A stretch of DNA of 64,000 bases from an uncultured Nitrospinota bacterium (lineage in GTDB: Bacteria > Tectomicrobia > Entotheonellia > J063 > CAVPRW01). The first letter of the stretch is position 1. Every line of letters starts with the position of its first letter. The stretch is from NCBI GenBank assembly GCA_963707985.1, contig CAVPRW010000014.1:250869-314868 (forward strand), in the 5' to 3' direction. Positions 42,176-53,576 of the stretch are shown here, piece after piece. A program made the position numbers and the translations under genes. Below the pieces are notes generated by a model, which saw only the letters and a program-made list of their open reading frames with translations, was not told the origin of the DNA and made no database searches.

Positions 42176-43559
42176 CTAGCCGGTCACGATCGGGGGCTGC
42201 CAGCCTCCCGGCGGTGTCACGTGCTGGTCCACCTCCTGCGGTCCCCAGGTATTCGGCGTCGTAATCATAGACTGGAGTATCCGCCTTCAGCACCGGATCG
42301 ACAATGCGCCATGCCTCTTCCACGTGGTCCTCACGGGCAAACAGGGTGGCGTCACCCTCCATGGCGTCTCCCAGCACGCGTTCGTAGGCATCCATCTCAG
42401 CAGCACTGGGATGGTGGCTGGCGATGATTTCTGCCGGCTGGGAAGTGGTCTCATCCCCCGAGGCGATCACATTGGTGCCAAAGGCAATAGTAACCTCGGG
42501 ACTGATCCGCAACCGCACATAGTTCGGCACTAGGTTAAAGCCTTGATACATGGTCGGCGGCTGACGCAGCCGCACGACGATTTCGGTGCACGTCACCGGT
42601 AGGCATTTGCCGGCCCGGATGTAAATGGGAACCCCCTGCCAACGCCAGGAATCGATCGTCAATTGCAGCGCCGCAAAGGTTTCGACCTGAGAGTCCTGCT
42701 TCACCCCTGGCTCAGTGCGGTAGCCGCGGAATTGTCCACGGATGAGATGTTTCACATCCAGCGGCGGCATGGCCTTCAGGACCTTGACCTTCTCATCTCG
42801 GATCGACTCGCTATCGGTTCTCACCGGTGGCTCCATGACCAAATTGGTGAGCACTTGGAACAGGTGATTCTGGATCACGTCACGGATGGTGCCCGTCTGA
42901 TCATAAAAAGCACCTCGGCCCTGGACCCCAAAGTCTTCCGCCATGGTGATCTGCACGCTCTCGACATGGTTGCGGTTCCAGAATGGTTCCAGGAGGGCAT
43001 TAGCGAAGCGAAAGAAGAGCATGTTATGCACGGGTTGCTTGCCCAGGTAATGGTCGATGCGGAAAATGGCCTGCTCATCGAACGTTGACAGAAGTATCCG
43101 GTTGAGGCCCTGCGCTGAGGTGAGGTCTCGGCCAAAGGGCTTTTCGATGATCACGCGCGCATCGGTGGTACAGCCCGCCTTGGCCAGCTGTTCCACGACT
43201 AACCCGAACAGCACGGGTGGGATGGCAAGGTAGTGCGCCGGTCGCTGCGTCGAGCCCAACTCCTGGCGGATGGCCTGAAACGTGGCCGGATCGTGGTAGT
43301 CCCCGTCAACGTAGCGCAGCAGGTGGCTCAGCTGGTCGAACGCCACCGCATCAAGTCCTCCGTGGTGCTCGAGGCTATCGCGCGCCCGGGCCTTGAGCTG
43401 GTCGAGGGTCCAACCGGCCTTGGCCACGCCGATGACTGGTACGTTGAGGTGGCCACGTTTCACCATTGCTTGCAGCGACGGAAAGATTTTCTTGTAGGCC
43501 AGATCGCCCGTGGCCCCGAAGAAGACCAGGGCATCTGAATGGGGAGAAGGCATCGTCAT
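42176..43559 (-). CDS. zwf: Glucose-6-phosphate dehydrogenase (1-bp shift near 42250 alters the C-terminus)
   Basis: [36 protein letters not shown]; the expected tail [10 protein letters not shown]...GGWQ is in another frame. Confidence 0.96.
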
Positions 43560-43575
43560 GTCCTTTCCTCAACGG

Positions 43576-44595
43576 TTACTTGCTGGCCGGTTTTTCAAGA
43601 TGTCCGCCGAACTCGTAACGCATCGCCGACAAGATCTTGTCGGCGAAATCCGCCTCACCTCTCGAGCTAAAGCGCTCATACAAGGCGGCCGTCAGGACGT
43701 GAGCCGGCACGGCCTCGTCAATGGCCGCCTTGATGGTCCAGCGCCCCTCGCCGGAGTCCGAGACTCGTCCCTCGAAGCCCGCAAGAGCCGGGTCCGCGAG
43801 CAGGGCGGTGGCCGTCAGGTCCAGCAGCCACGAGGCGATCACGCTGCCACGCCGCCATACCTCCGCAATATCAGGCAGATCGAGGTCGTACTGATAGTGC
43901 TCGGGGTCACGGAGGGGCGTGGTCTCGGCGTCGATCGTGTGTTCCTGCTTGCCGATGTTAGCGGCGCGCAGGACGCCCAATCCCTCAGCATAGGCGGCCA
44001 TGATACCGTACTCGATGCCGTTGTGCACCATCTTGACGAAGTGGCCGGCACCGTTTGGACCGCAGTGCAGGTAGCCCTGCTCCGCGGTACCGCCGCTCTT
44101 CTCTCGTCCAGGGGTACGAGGCGTGTCGCCCATGCCGGGCGCCAGCGTGGCGAAGATGGGATCGAGGCGCTGGACCACGGCCTGCTCCCCCCCAATCATC
44201 ATGCAGTATCCACGTTCGAGGCCCCAGACACCGCCGCTCGTCCCCACGTCCACGTAGTGGACCTGCTTCGGCGCCAGTTCCTTGGCGCGTCGGATGTCGT
44301 CCACGTAGTAGGAATTGCCCCCATCGATGAGGATGTCACCTGGATCGAGTGCAGGCAGGAGGTCCGCGATGGTGTGGTCCACGACAGCCGCGGGGACCAT
44401 CAACCATACCGCCCGAGGCTTCTCGAGGTTCTTCACCAGATCAGCCAGCGAAGAGGTCCCCACCGCATGCTCCTGGGCCAACTCCGTCACGGCTGCTGGC
44501 GACCTGTCGAAGACCACACACTGATGGCCGCCTTTGAGCAGCCGACGCACCATATTTGCGCCCATCCGGCCAAGTCCGATCATGCCGAGTTGCAT
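43576..44595 (-). CDS. gnd: 6-phosphogluconate dehydrogenase, short-chain decarboxylating type
   Basis: [43 protein letters not shown]. Confidence 0.97.
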   Translation of the reverse strand: MQLGMIGLGRMGANMVRRLLKGGHQCVVFDRSPAAVTELAQEHAVGTSSLADLVKNLEKPRAVWLMVPAAVVDHTIADLLPALDPGDILIDGGNSYYVDDIRRAKELAPKQVHYVDVGTSGGVWGLERGYCMMIGGEQAVVQRLDPIFATLAPGMGDTPRTPGREKSGGTAEQGYLHCGPNGAGHFVKMVHNGIEYGIMAAYAEGLGVLRAANIGKQEHTIDAETTPLRDPEHYQYDLDLPDIAEVWRRGSVIASWLLDLTATALLADPALAGFEGRVSDSGEGRWTIKAAIDEAVPAHVLTAALYERFSSRGEADFADKILSAMRYEFGGHLEKPASK

Positions 44596-44727
44596 AGGTC
44601 ACTCCTTGTTCAGAACCGACTGTTGATGCTGTTGAGATTCGTACACTACCTATGTGTTGGAGGCGGGAAACCGCTTCGTGGCCGTGGCACCGCATGCCAC
44701 GGCGACTTGCAAAGCCCAGAGCCATCA

Positions 44728-46368
44728 TCACACCTGCTTCATGTTCCGATAGCGGCGGATCAGAGCATTCGTTGAACTATCATGGTTGAGCGTCGTCTCT
44801 GCCTTGCTCGCCAGCTCTGGGATGATACGCTGGGCTAACACTTTGCCGAGCTCGACGCCCCACTGGTCGAATGAGTTGATGTTCCAAATGCTGCCCTGGG
44901 TGAAGACAGAGTGCTCATAGAGGGCCACCAGCTTGCCAACCGTGGCCGGTGTGAGGCGCTCGGCCAGGATCGTGTTCGACGGACGATTCCCCTCGCACAC
45001 TCGGTGAGGCACGAGCTCATCCGGCGTACCCTCGGCCTTGACTTGCTCGGGCGTCTTGCCAAAGGCCAGTGCCTCAGTCTGGGCGAACACGTTGGCCATG
45101 AGCAGGTCATGATGCTGGCCAAGCGGATTGAGTGGCTGGCCGAAGGCGATGAAGTCACAGGGAATGAGCCGGGTCCCCTGATGGATCAGCTGATAAAAGG
45201 AGTGCTGGCCGTTAGTACCCGGTTCGCCCCAATAAATCGGGCTGGTATCGCAGGCGACTCTCTCCCCGTCGAGCGTGACGTGTTTACCGTTGCTCTCCAT
45301 GGTCAGCTGCTGCAGATAGGCCGGGAAGCGTTTCAGGTACTGCTCGTACGGCAGGACCGCGACGGTTTGCGCGGCGAAGAAGTTGTTATACCACACCGCC
45401 AGAAGGCCCAGGAGCACCGGTAGATTGCGCTCGAAAGGTGCCGTGCGGAAGTGCTCGTCCATCTGGTGGAAACCGTCCAACAGGGCGCGGAAGTTCTCTG
45501 GGCCGATGGCCAGCATCGTCGACAGGCCGATCGCCGCATCCATGGAGTAACGCCCGCCAACCCAGTCCCAGAACTCGAACATGTTGGCGGTATCGATCCC
45601 GAACTTGGCCACTTCGGCCGCGTTCGTCGACACAGCGACAAAATGTTTGGCGACGGCTGTTTCGTCACCCCCCAGAGCCGCGAGTAACCAGTTGCGCGCC
45701 GTGTGCGCGTTGGTCATCGTCTCCAGCGTCGTGAAGGTTTTCGACGAGTCGATGAAGAGGGTCTCCGCTGGATCGAGATCGTGGACAGCTTCGGCGAAGT
45801 CGGTGCCGTCGATGTTGGATACAAACCGAAACGTCATGTCGCGGTCGCTGTAATGCTTGAGGGCCTCATAGGCCATCACCGGCCCGAGGTCGGACCCCCC
45901 GATACCAATGTTGATGACATTGCGTATACGCTTGCCGGTGTGACCCTTCCAGGCGCCGCCGCGAACCCGCTTGGCGAACTCGGCCATCTTGTCGAGCACG
46001 GCGTGGACCTGGGGCACGACGTTTTCACCATCGACCACGATGGATGCCCCCCGCGGTGCGCGCAGGGCCACGTGCAAGACGGCACGCTTTTCCGTCAAGT
46101 TGATCTTCTCACCCCGAAACATGGCATCGATCCGCGCTCGTAGGCCCGATTCTTCCGCCAGTTGTCGGAGTAGTATAAGCGTGTCGTTGGTGATGCGATT
46201 CTTCGAGTAATCGACATAGAGGCCCACGGCCTCAGCCGTCATCCGCTCGCCGCGCGTGGGATCATCCGCGAAGAGCTGCCGTAGGTGGACGTCCCGGACC
46301 TGCCGATGGTGGGCCACGAGGGCCTGCCATGCCGGGCGTGCGGTAAGTACCGGGATTGCCGCTGTCAT
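44728..46368 (-). CDS. pgi: Glucose-6-phosphate isomerase
   Basis: [45 protein letters not shown]. Confidence 0.98.
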   Translation of the reverse strand: MTAAIPVLTARPAWQALVAHHRQVRDVHLRQLFADDPTRGERMTAEAVGLYVDYSKNRITNDTLILLRQLAEESGLRARIDAMFRGEKINLTEKRAVLHVALRAPRGASIVVDGENVVPQVHAVLDKMAEFAKRVRGGAWKGHTGKRIRNVINIGIGGSDLGPVMAYEALKHYSDRDMTFRFVSNIDGTDFAEAVHDLDPAETLFIDSSKTFTTLETMTNAHTARNWLLAALGGDETAVAKHFVAVSTNAAEVAKFGIDTANMFEFWDWVGGRYSMDAAIGLSTMLAIGPENFRALLDGFHQMDEHFRTAPFERNLPVLLGLLAVWYNNFFAAQTVAVLPYEQYLKRFPAYLQQLTMESNGKHVTLDGERVACDTSPIYWGEPGTNGQHSFYQLIHQGTRLIPCDFIAFGQPLNPLGQHHDLLMANVFAQTEALAFGKTPEQVKAEGTPDELVPHRVCEGNRPSNTILAERLTPATVGKLVALYEHSVFTQGSIWNINSFDQWGVELGKVLAQRIIPELASKAETTLNHDSSTNALIRRYRNMKQV

Positions 46369-46373
46369 AGTCG

Positions 46374-47108
46374 TTATCCTTTCGTGGCCTTCTGCTCCCC
46401 ACTCGTGGTCTTCTGTTCACCACGGCGAGTCGTCGCGGCGGTAGAAGCCTCATGATGACTCACATGTTCCCACAGGCGAAACCCGCCCGCGAATGCATTG
46501 GCGTTGTCGCCCGCTCGGCAACCTGGAGGCATCTTCTTCAGTTTTTTGATATTGCCTCCCCCCAAGACCACATCATCGGGCTCAAGCGCGGTAGTGAGGT
46601 GGGCTACAACATCCGCGACATAGAGCCGCCATTTCTTTTTCCCCCGCTGCCGTAATCCCCGCAGTCCCACGTAATCCTCATAGGTACCCTTCCTGTATGG
46701 CAGGTGGGCCAGCTCCATGGGTTCCACGACGCCATCGACAATCATTGTGGAACCGAGACCGGTCCCCAGGCCCAGGAACAACATCTTGCCACCCTGATAG
46801 CTCCCCAGGGCTTGCATGGCCGCGTCATTGACGAGCTTGACAGGACAGCCGAAGACGCCTTGATAGTCGAATCCGACCCACCCCGGGGCGAGATTTCGCG
46901 GCTCTGCAACCGGATGACCATGCAGCACCGGCCCCGGGTAGCCAATCGAGACCACATCATAGGTCCACTCCCCGGCGAGCTCCTTGACTTTGGCAACCAT
47001 CTGTTCAGGCGTCAACGTCGGCCCGGAGGGAAACCTCCGCGGTTGGTCTTGTCCCGTGGCGAAAATTTTGACGTTGGTCCCGCCGACATCCACCACCAAC
47101 ACGTTCAT
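46374..47108 (-). CDS. ROK-family sugar kinase (polyphosphate glucokinase-like)
   Basis: [38 protein letters not shown]. Confidence 0.88.
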   Translation of the reverse strand: MNVLVVDVGGTNVKIFATGQDQPRRFPSGPTLTPEQMVAKVKELAGEWTYDVVSIGYPGPVLHGHPVAEPRNLAPGWVGFDYQGVFGCPVKLVNDAAMQALGSYQGGKMLFLGLGTGLGSTMIVDGVVEPMELAHLPYRKGTYEDYVGLRGLRQRGKKKWRLYVADVVAHLTTALEPDDVVLGGGNIKKLKKMPPGCRAGDNANAFAGGFRLWEHVSHHEASTAATTRRGEQKTTSGEQKATKG

Positions 47109-47192
47109 AACCACTCCCTTCCGAGCGCAACGTACTTCGTGAACCTGTACTGTATATTATGGGCAATCATCGCCCTGCGGCTCAGATGTGGC

Positions 47193-47395
47193 CTAACCGG
47201 CCTTGGCGAGGGCGGCACGCTTGGAGGCAATCACCGCCATCAGCTCGCTCCAGGATTGGACGAATGATTTGGCGCCTTCGTCCTGAAGCTGGCCGGCCAG
47301 GGCATCGACGTCGATGCCGGCCTTGGCGAACTGGGCTAACACCTCAAGTATTTGCGTTGCTTGCATGGTGTCACCTCTCAGGTCACGGACATTGG
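47193..47395 (-). pseudogene. tal: Transaldolase C-terminal remnant
   Basis: EVLAQFAKAGIDVDALAGQLQDEGAKSFVQSWSELM; the rest of the gene is missing. Confidence 0.75.
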
Positions 47396-47474
47396 CATCA
47401 GGATATGCGAAAGGAGGCACTGTGAGTCGGAAGACCCCCCATCTCCTCTGGTAGCTGAAGGGGAGATATACGCT

Positions 47475-49139
47475 TCAGCTGCCGAGCCCCGCTGTGACAC
47501 CGGCCAGTGCATTGTTGACGATCTCCTGGGCCTCGCTGACAATGGTGTCCAGGTGCGCCTGGTCCTTGAAGCTCTCCGCGTAGATTTTGTAGATGTGCTC
47601 CGTGCCGGAGGGGCGAGCCGCGAACCAGCCGCTGGGGGTCACAACCTTCAGGCCTCCGATAGGGGCATTATCGCCTGGAGCGCGGGTGAGCTTGGCAGTG
47701 ATCGGTTCGCCGGCCAGCGTCGAGGCCTTGACGGCCTCGGGAGATAGTTTTGCCAGTCTAGCCTTTTGCTCGGGCGTCGCCGGTGCGTCGATGCGTGTGT
47801 AGTAAGGCGTGCCGAACTCCGACGTGAGCTCGCGGTAGTGTTCGCCAGGGTCCTTACCCGTGCGGGCGGTGATCTCGGCCGCCAGCAGGTCCATGATCGG
47901 ACCATCCTTATCGGTCGTCCACACGGTACCGTCCTGCCGCAGGAAGCTCGCTCCGGCACTCTCTTCGCCGCCGAAACAGCACGAGCCGTCGAACAGCCCT
48001 GGTACGAACCACTTGAAGCCGACGGGCACCTCGCACAGGCGGCGGCCGAGCTGCTGCACGACCCGATCGATCATGCTGCTGCTCACCAGCGTCTTGCCGA
48101 CCACCGCCTGTGCTGGCCAGTGGGGGCGGTGCGTGAGCAGGTAGCGGATGGCCACGGCCAGGTAGTGGTTAGGGTTCATCAATCCCGCGGTGGGTGTGAC
48201 GATACCGTGCCGGTCAGAGTCAGGGTCGTTGGCGAAGGCGACGCGATACCGATCTTTCAGGCTGACCAGTCGGGCCATGGCATAGGGGCTGGAGCAATCC
48301 ATGCGGATCTCGCCGTCATGATCGACCGTCATGAACGCGAAGGTTGGATCGATCGTCGGGTTGACCACGGTGATGTCCAGGTGATAGACGGCGTTGATCG
48401 GCTCCCAGTAGGGTCTGGCCGCGCCCCCGAGTGGGTCCACTCCCAGCGTGATGCCGGAGGCGCGGATGGCGTCCATATCGACGATATGGCACAGATCCTC
48501 GACGTAGGGTAGGACAAAATCTTCCTGATGCGTGCTCGCCGCCTTCATGGCCGTCTCGAACGGTATGCGCCTGACGCCGGCGTTGCCCCCGCGCAACAAC
48601 TCATTGGCCCGATTCTCGACCCATCGGGTCACCTCCGTGTCGGCGGGGCCACCGTTGGTCGGGTTATACTTGAAGCCGCCGTCCTGCGGCGGATTGTGCG
48701 ACGGCGTGACGACGATGCCATCCGCGAGATGCTGCGTGCGGCCGCGGTTGTAGACGAGAATCGCTCGCGAGATGACCGGCGTCGGCGTCACACCGTCGTC
48801 ACGCTGGATGATCGTCTCCACGCCGTTAGCCGCCAGGACCTCAAGCGCGGTGCGCTGGGCCGGCCCGGACAATGCATGCGTGTCCTTCCCCATATAGAGC
48901 GGGCCATCAGTGCCCTGGGCGCGTCGATAGTCGCAGATGGCCTGAGTGATAGCCAGAATATGCGCCTCGGTGAATGAGCCGTGCAGGGGGGAACCCCGGT
49001 GGCCGCTGGTGCCGAAGCTCACCAGTTGGTTGGGGTCGCCCACGTCGGGGCGGCAGGTATAATACTCGTGTTCGAGCCGGGCCAGGTCGACCAACATCTC
49101 TTTGGGGGCTGGCTTGCCTGCTAAGGGAGAAATCGCCAT
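47475..49139 (-). CDS. pgm: Phosphoglucomutase
   Basis: [38 protein letters not shown]. Confidence 0.98.
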   Translation of the reverse strand: MAISPLAGKPAPKEMLVDLARLEHEYYTCRPDVGDPNQLVSFGTSGHRGSPLHGSFTEAHILAITQAICDYRRAQGTDGPLYMGKDTHALSGPAQRTALEVLAANGVETIIQRDDGVTPTPVISRAILVYNRGRTQHLADGIVVTPSHNPPQDGGFKYNPTNGGPADTEVTRWVENRANELLRGGNAGVRRIPFETAMKAASTHQEDFVLPYVEDLCHIVDMDAIRASGITLGVDPLGGAARPYWEPINAVYHLDITVVNPTIDPTFAFMTVDHDGEIRMDCSSPYAMARLVSLKDRYRVAFANDPDSDRHGIVTPTAGLMNPNHYLAVAIRYLLTHRPHWPAQAVVGKTLVSSSMIDRVVQQLGRRLCEVPVGFKWFVPGLFDGSCCFGGEESAGASFLRQDGTVWTTDKDGPIMDLLAAEITARTGKDPGEHYRELTSEFGTPYYTRIDAPATPEQKARLAKLSPEAVKASTLAGEPITAKLTRAPGDNAPIGGLKVVTPSGWFAARPSGTEHIYKIYAESFKDQAHLDTIVSEAQEIVNNALAGVTAGLGS

Positions 49140-49175
49140 GGGTCCTCATCCTTTCTTTGACCAGAGGTCGCCGCT

Positions 49176-51685
49176 CTAGGGCACCGGACATGGCGTCGCA
49201 TTCCAGATGTGGCCGCATACTCGGCGATGGTGCGGTCGCTGGAAAACTTCCCAGAGCCGGCCACGTTGAAGATAACCTTACGCGCCCACCCTGCCGCGTC
49301 GTTGTAGAGCTCGACCAAGCGCTGGTCGGCCTCGAGGTATGACCTGAGGTCGGCCAGGTGCATGTAGTGGTCGCCGTGCCCCAGTAGCACGTCACGCAGT
49401 GGAGCGAAAACGCCCGGTTCGTAACGGCTGAAGTGGTCGGCGAAGATCAGGTCCAAGGCCGCGCGGGTCTCCGGCTCGTGGTCATAGTGCCAGTGCGGAT
49501 CGTACCAACCGCGGCTGTCGGTTACCTGCTGCGCTGTCAGGCCAAACAGGAAAAAGTGCTCCTCGCCTGCCTCTTCTGCCATCTCGATGGTCGCGCCGTC
49601 GCGCGTGCCCAGCGTCAGCGCCCCATTCATCATGAACTTCATATTACTCGTGCCACTCGCCTCGTAGCCGGCGGTCGAGATTTGATTCGACACATCACTG
49701 GCCGGGATCAGACGCTCGGCGAGCGACACGTCATACTCGGGCAGAAACACGATCTTGAGCCGACCGCGCATGGACGGATCACCGTCGATCGTACCGGCCA
49801 GGTTATTGATCAGCTTGATGATCAGCTTGGCCAGCTGGTATGCCGGTGCCGCCTTGCCAGCGAAGAAAAAGGTTCGAGGCGTCAGGCCGATACCGGGGTT
49901 TTCCCGCACCCGATTGTAGAGTACCACAATACGCAGGGCGTTGAGTAGCTGCCGCTTGTATTCGTGAATACGCTTGACCTGGCAATCGAAAATGGTGTCC
50001 GGATCCACCGTCTGACCTGATGTCGCGTGGAGCCAATCGGCAAAGCGTGCCTTCGCCTCGCGCTTGGCTCTGCGAAATGCCTCGTGTAAGCCGTGGTTGT
50101 CGGCCAGCGGCGTGAGCTGGTGCAACTGACGGAGGTCGCGAATCCAGCCGTCGCCAATGGCCTCAGTGATCGTGTGGGCGAGCGCCGGGTTCGCCATCAG
50201 CAGCCAGCGACGCGGCGTCACACCGTTGGTCTTGTTGTGGAAGCGCTCGGGGAACATCTCGGCCAAATCCTTCACGGTCATGGTGCGCAGCAGCTCGGAA
50301 TGGATCGCCGCCACGCCGTTGGTGCTGTGCGAGCCGACGATGGCCAGGTGGGCCATGCGGACGTGTTTGGTCGGGCCCTCCTCGATCAGGCTCACACGTG
50401 CGACACGGCCCTCGTCACCGACGAAGCGGGCCCGAACATCACCGAGGAGACGGCGGTTGATCTCGAAAATGATCTCCAGGTGGCGCGGCAGCATCAATTC
50501 GAACCACACCAGCGGCCATTTCTCCAGCGCTTCGGGCAGCAGCGTGTGATTCGTGTATGCCAGCGTTCGTTGCGTGAGGTCCCAGGCCTCATCCCATCCG
50601 AGATGCACGTCATCCAGCAGAATGCGCATCAACTCGGGGACCGCCAGCGTCGGATGCGTATCGTTGAGCTGAATAGCCACTTTTTCCGGAAGTGTGCGCC
50701 ACTCGGCATGGCTCTGCTGGAAGCGGCGCACCAGATCGGCCAGCGCGCAGGCGACGAGAAAATACTCTTGCACGAAGCGTAATCCCTGGCCCTGACTTGT
50801 GGTGTCGTCGGGGTACAGCACCCGTGTCAGGGATTCGGCCGTGAGCGTTTCGGCCACCGCCCCGACGAACTCGCCATGGCTGAAGACCTGAAAGTCAAAG
50901 TAGTCAGGTGCCGCGGCGGCCCAGAGTCGGAGTGTGTTGATGGTCTTGCCGCCGTACCCGACCACGGGGCGATCGAACGGGAAGCCGATCAGGCTCGACG
51001 GCCGGCCGGGGATGGCGCGTAAGGTCCCGCCACGTACCTCGAACGAACAGTTGAGCTTGACCTCGACTCGCTCATGTGGCCGCGGGACCTCCCAGGGGTC
51101 TGGGTGACGCAGCCAATTATCCGGCTGTTCCTGTTGCCAGCCGTCCTGGATGGATTGCTTGAAGATGCCGTATTCGTACCGCAGACCATAGCCCATCGCC
51201 GGGAACTGCATGGTCGCCATCGAGTCGAGAAAACAGGCCGCCAGGCGCCCGAGCCCGCCATTCCCCAGGCCGGCGTCGGGTTCCTCTTCCATGAGGCTCA
51301 GCCAATCAAGGTGCTTCTGGGTGACGGCATGCTGCACCAAGGGATCGAGCCAGAGATTCATGACATTGTTGGCCAGCGAGCGGCCGATGAGAAACTCCAT
51401 CGAGAGATAGTAAATGCGCTTGGGGTTCTCGCGCGCGTATGTGTCCTCGGTCAGCACCCAGCGCTGCGAGAGGATATCCCGCACAGCGCGAGCGAAGGCC
51501 TCAAAACGCTCACGGGGGCCGGCATTGGCCAGTTTGACGACGTTGTCGAAGAAGAGATGCCGCTCATACAGCGCGTTGTCGGTCCCTGAGAATGCGACCG
51601 GGCCGCAGCCATATTGCCGCAGGAACTCCGCCATGCCATCGGCTCCCAGTGACGCTGGGGAGGGCATTCTTCTCCCGGTGCTCAT
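49176..51685 (-). CDS. glgP: Glycogen/alpha-glucan phosphorylase (1-bp shift near 49210)
   Basis: YLSMEFLIGR, GLGNGGLGRLAACF, QLNDTHP, KRIHEYKRQ, EASGTSNMKF, FSSDRTI; the tail IWNATPCPVP is in another frame. Confidence 0.97.
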
Positions 51686-51699
51686 CGCCGTCTCCTTTC

Positions 51700-51862
51700 T
51701 TTCAAATGGCCAGCGCCAGGACGTGATGTCCGCAGGATCGACGCCGAACCGGTAGGCATGGTCTCTTAGACGCAATCGGCTAGGTAAGCAAGGTCTCGCG
51801 GATGCTGGCCCCCGTGACGTGGAAAGGGGGCATGTGGTCGATGGCATCGATGGTCAGGCAGG
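51700..51862 (-). pseudogene. xfp: Phosphoketolase C-terminal remnant
   Basis: LTIDAIDHMP.F.VTGASIRETLL* then HAYRFGVDPADITSWRWP, which resembles the Xfp C-terminus. Confidence 0.65.
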
Positions 51863-51927
51863 GGTGGAGGCCGTGCGTGCCACGACCTCCACCCCTGGGG
51901 AGACATGCCATGATAGGCGGGCGGGCC

Positions 51928-52467
51928 CTACTTCGTGGTGAGCTTCAGCTCCGGCCACACCACCTTGCCGGTGAAGTTCCCCGTGATGCCGCCCTGTGGG
52001 ATAGTCAACACCAAGTCTGTGAGCGTACTGGTCATCGTGAAATCGCCCTGACCCGAGGCATTGGCGAACTTCCCGGTGCCGCCGAGAACTTTGAAAGTTC
52101 CCCCACAGCCTTCACCCGGTTTGCCGGTGCACGTCCAGCGCGCATAGACGTGCGTGCCATCCTGCGTCAGGAACAGGCAGCGGCCTTCTCCTTCTGTCGT
52201 CTTGGCGGTGGTGTCCACGTTCATTGTCCCAGGACAGGTCAGGCTGGCAGCATTGACCATCAAGTCTCCTTTCTGAGTGGTCACATTGATGGCCCCCTGA
52301 AAAAAGCCTGAGAACAGGATCATATTCTCGGTGGCCCGGTAGAATCGCCCTTCGCCTTTGATCTCGGCATTGGCTTGGATGGTGGCGTCCGCCGCATACC
52401 CTGGCCCCGCGAGGGCTGCGAAGACGAGAGCGCAAATCATCAACCCCATTCCTGTGGTGCGTGTCAT
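51928..52467 (-). CDS. Secreted hypothetical beta-rich protein
   Basis: Signal peptide ending GYAA, four Cys, GGTGKFANASGQG; AGGAG RBS. Confidence 0.8.
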   Translation of the reverse strand: MTRTTGMGLMICALVFAALAGPGYAADATIQANAEIKGEGRFYRATENMILFSGFFQGAINVTTQKGDLMVNAASLTCPGTMNVDTTAKTTEGEGRCLFLTQDGTHVYARWTCTGKPGEGCGGTFKVLGGTGKFANASGQGDFTMTSTLTDLVLTIPQGGITGNFTGKVVWPELKLTTK

Positions 52468-52661
52468 GATCTCTCTCCTATGCACGATTCATGTGTATGC
52501 CACAAGCGCTTCATTGCCTGAGGGGGGGAGCATCCTCCCATGAGGAGCCCTCAGGTCCGTGTGGCTGCTGCAGCCGTGACCGTCCCGCCGAAATACAGCG
52601 ACGGTAGGCCTTACAACGACAGGGGCGAGACTACACACCTGTCAGTCCACCGCCAAAAGTC

Positions 52662-52728
52662 AGTATAAAATCTTCCTGGTGCAAGGAATATTGGGCTTTA
52701 GGGCGATCTTGATAGGACTTTCGTCCTA
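52662..52728 (-). promoter_or_regulatory. Promoter with tandem DosR/NarL-like boxes
   Basis: Palindrome TAGGAC-TTTC-GTCCTA (52713-28), weaker site 22 bp away (CTTTAG core 52696-701), -10 TATACT (52662-67). Confidence 0.7.
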
Positions 52729-52909
52729 GGCTCCGGGTCCAGCCTCGATCGGCTCGTTGGTCCTGGAGCTGGGTTTCCCCTGCCCCCTAGTGTTGACCGT
52801 TGCCTCCTCTCTCGTGGTGTCCGCTGCCATATTCTCACTGTGCCATCGTGCTGTCACCAGTAGCGTCATCGGCTTCCCCATCCCGACTGCTGCAGGTAAC
52901 CGCCTCAGG

Positions 52910-53506
52910 TCACGTGCCCACATGATGCGTCTCGTTCCACAGTCGGATCACCGGCTCGGAAAGGTTGTGTTCATAGCCCAGCGCACTCAGGCTCGCCGTG
53001 CTTAGCAGGACGTACCGACCGCCCGCGGGTTGGAGTCCAAGCCAGCGAGCAGCCAACACCCGCAGGAAATGCCCGCTCGAAAATAGCAGCACGCCCCCTT
53101 GAATGGCGCGCACCCGATTCACCACACGGTCAGCCCGTGCACCCACCTGATCAGGAGATTCCCCACCAGGGCAGCCATCGCGGAACAATTGCCAGTCGGG
53201 GCGCTCGGCATGGATCTCGACCGTGCGACGCCCCTCATAGTCGCCATAGTTCCATTCGAGTAAATCACCATCGACTTCCTCCACGGTCCCGAAGCCAGCC
53301 AACTCACACGTCCGGGTTGCCCGCTGCAAGGGACTGGTCAACACCCTGGCAAACGTCAATCCGCGCAGCCGTTCGCCTAGCCGACACGCGTTGCGCTCGC
53401 CACGCTCGGTCAGGGGTAAGTCGGTAAGTCCCGTGTGTTGACCCGACAGGCTCCAGGCGGTCTCACCGTGCCTGGCGAGGTAGATGACTGGAAGCGCTTC
53501 GCTCAT
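52910..53506 (-). CDS. Histidine phosphatase (phosphoglycerate mutase family)
   Basis: LARHGET, SPLQRA, EWNYGDYEG, SGHFLR. Confidence 0.93.
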   Translation of the reverse strand: MSEALPVIYLARHGETAWSLSGQHTGLTDLPLTERGERNACRLGERLRGLTFARVLTSPLQRATRTCELAGFGTVEEVDGDLLEWNYGDYEGRRTVEIHAERPDWQLFRDGCPGGESPDQVGARADRVVNRVRAIQGGVLLFSSGHFLRVLAARWLGLQPAGGRYVLLSTASLSALGYEHNLSEPVIRLWNETHHVGT

Positions 53507-53576
53507 GCGATGGCTCCTTATGGCAGATCATCCTGAATGCGTCTGCTGTCAACGGCTCGATGGCCCTGACACATGG

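Noticed and set aside
44681..44703. 9-bp hairpin between pgi and gnd as a terminator
   Set aside because: There is no U-tract on the coding strand; at most it is an mRNA stability element.
51686..51847. N-terminal extension of glycogen phosphorylase shown in the ORF track
   Set aside because: It is better explained as a phosphoketolase remnant; an AGGAG RBS precedes the ATG at 51685.
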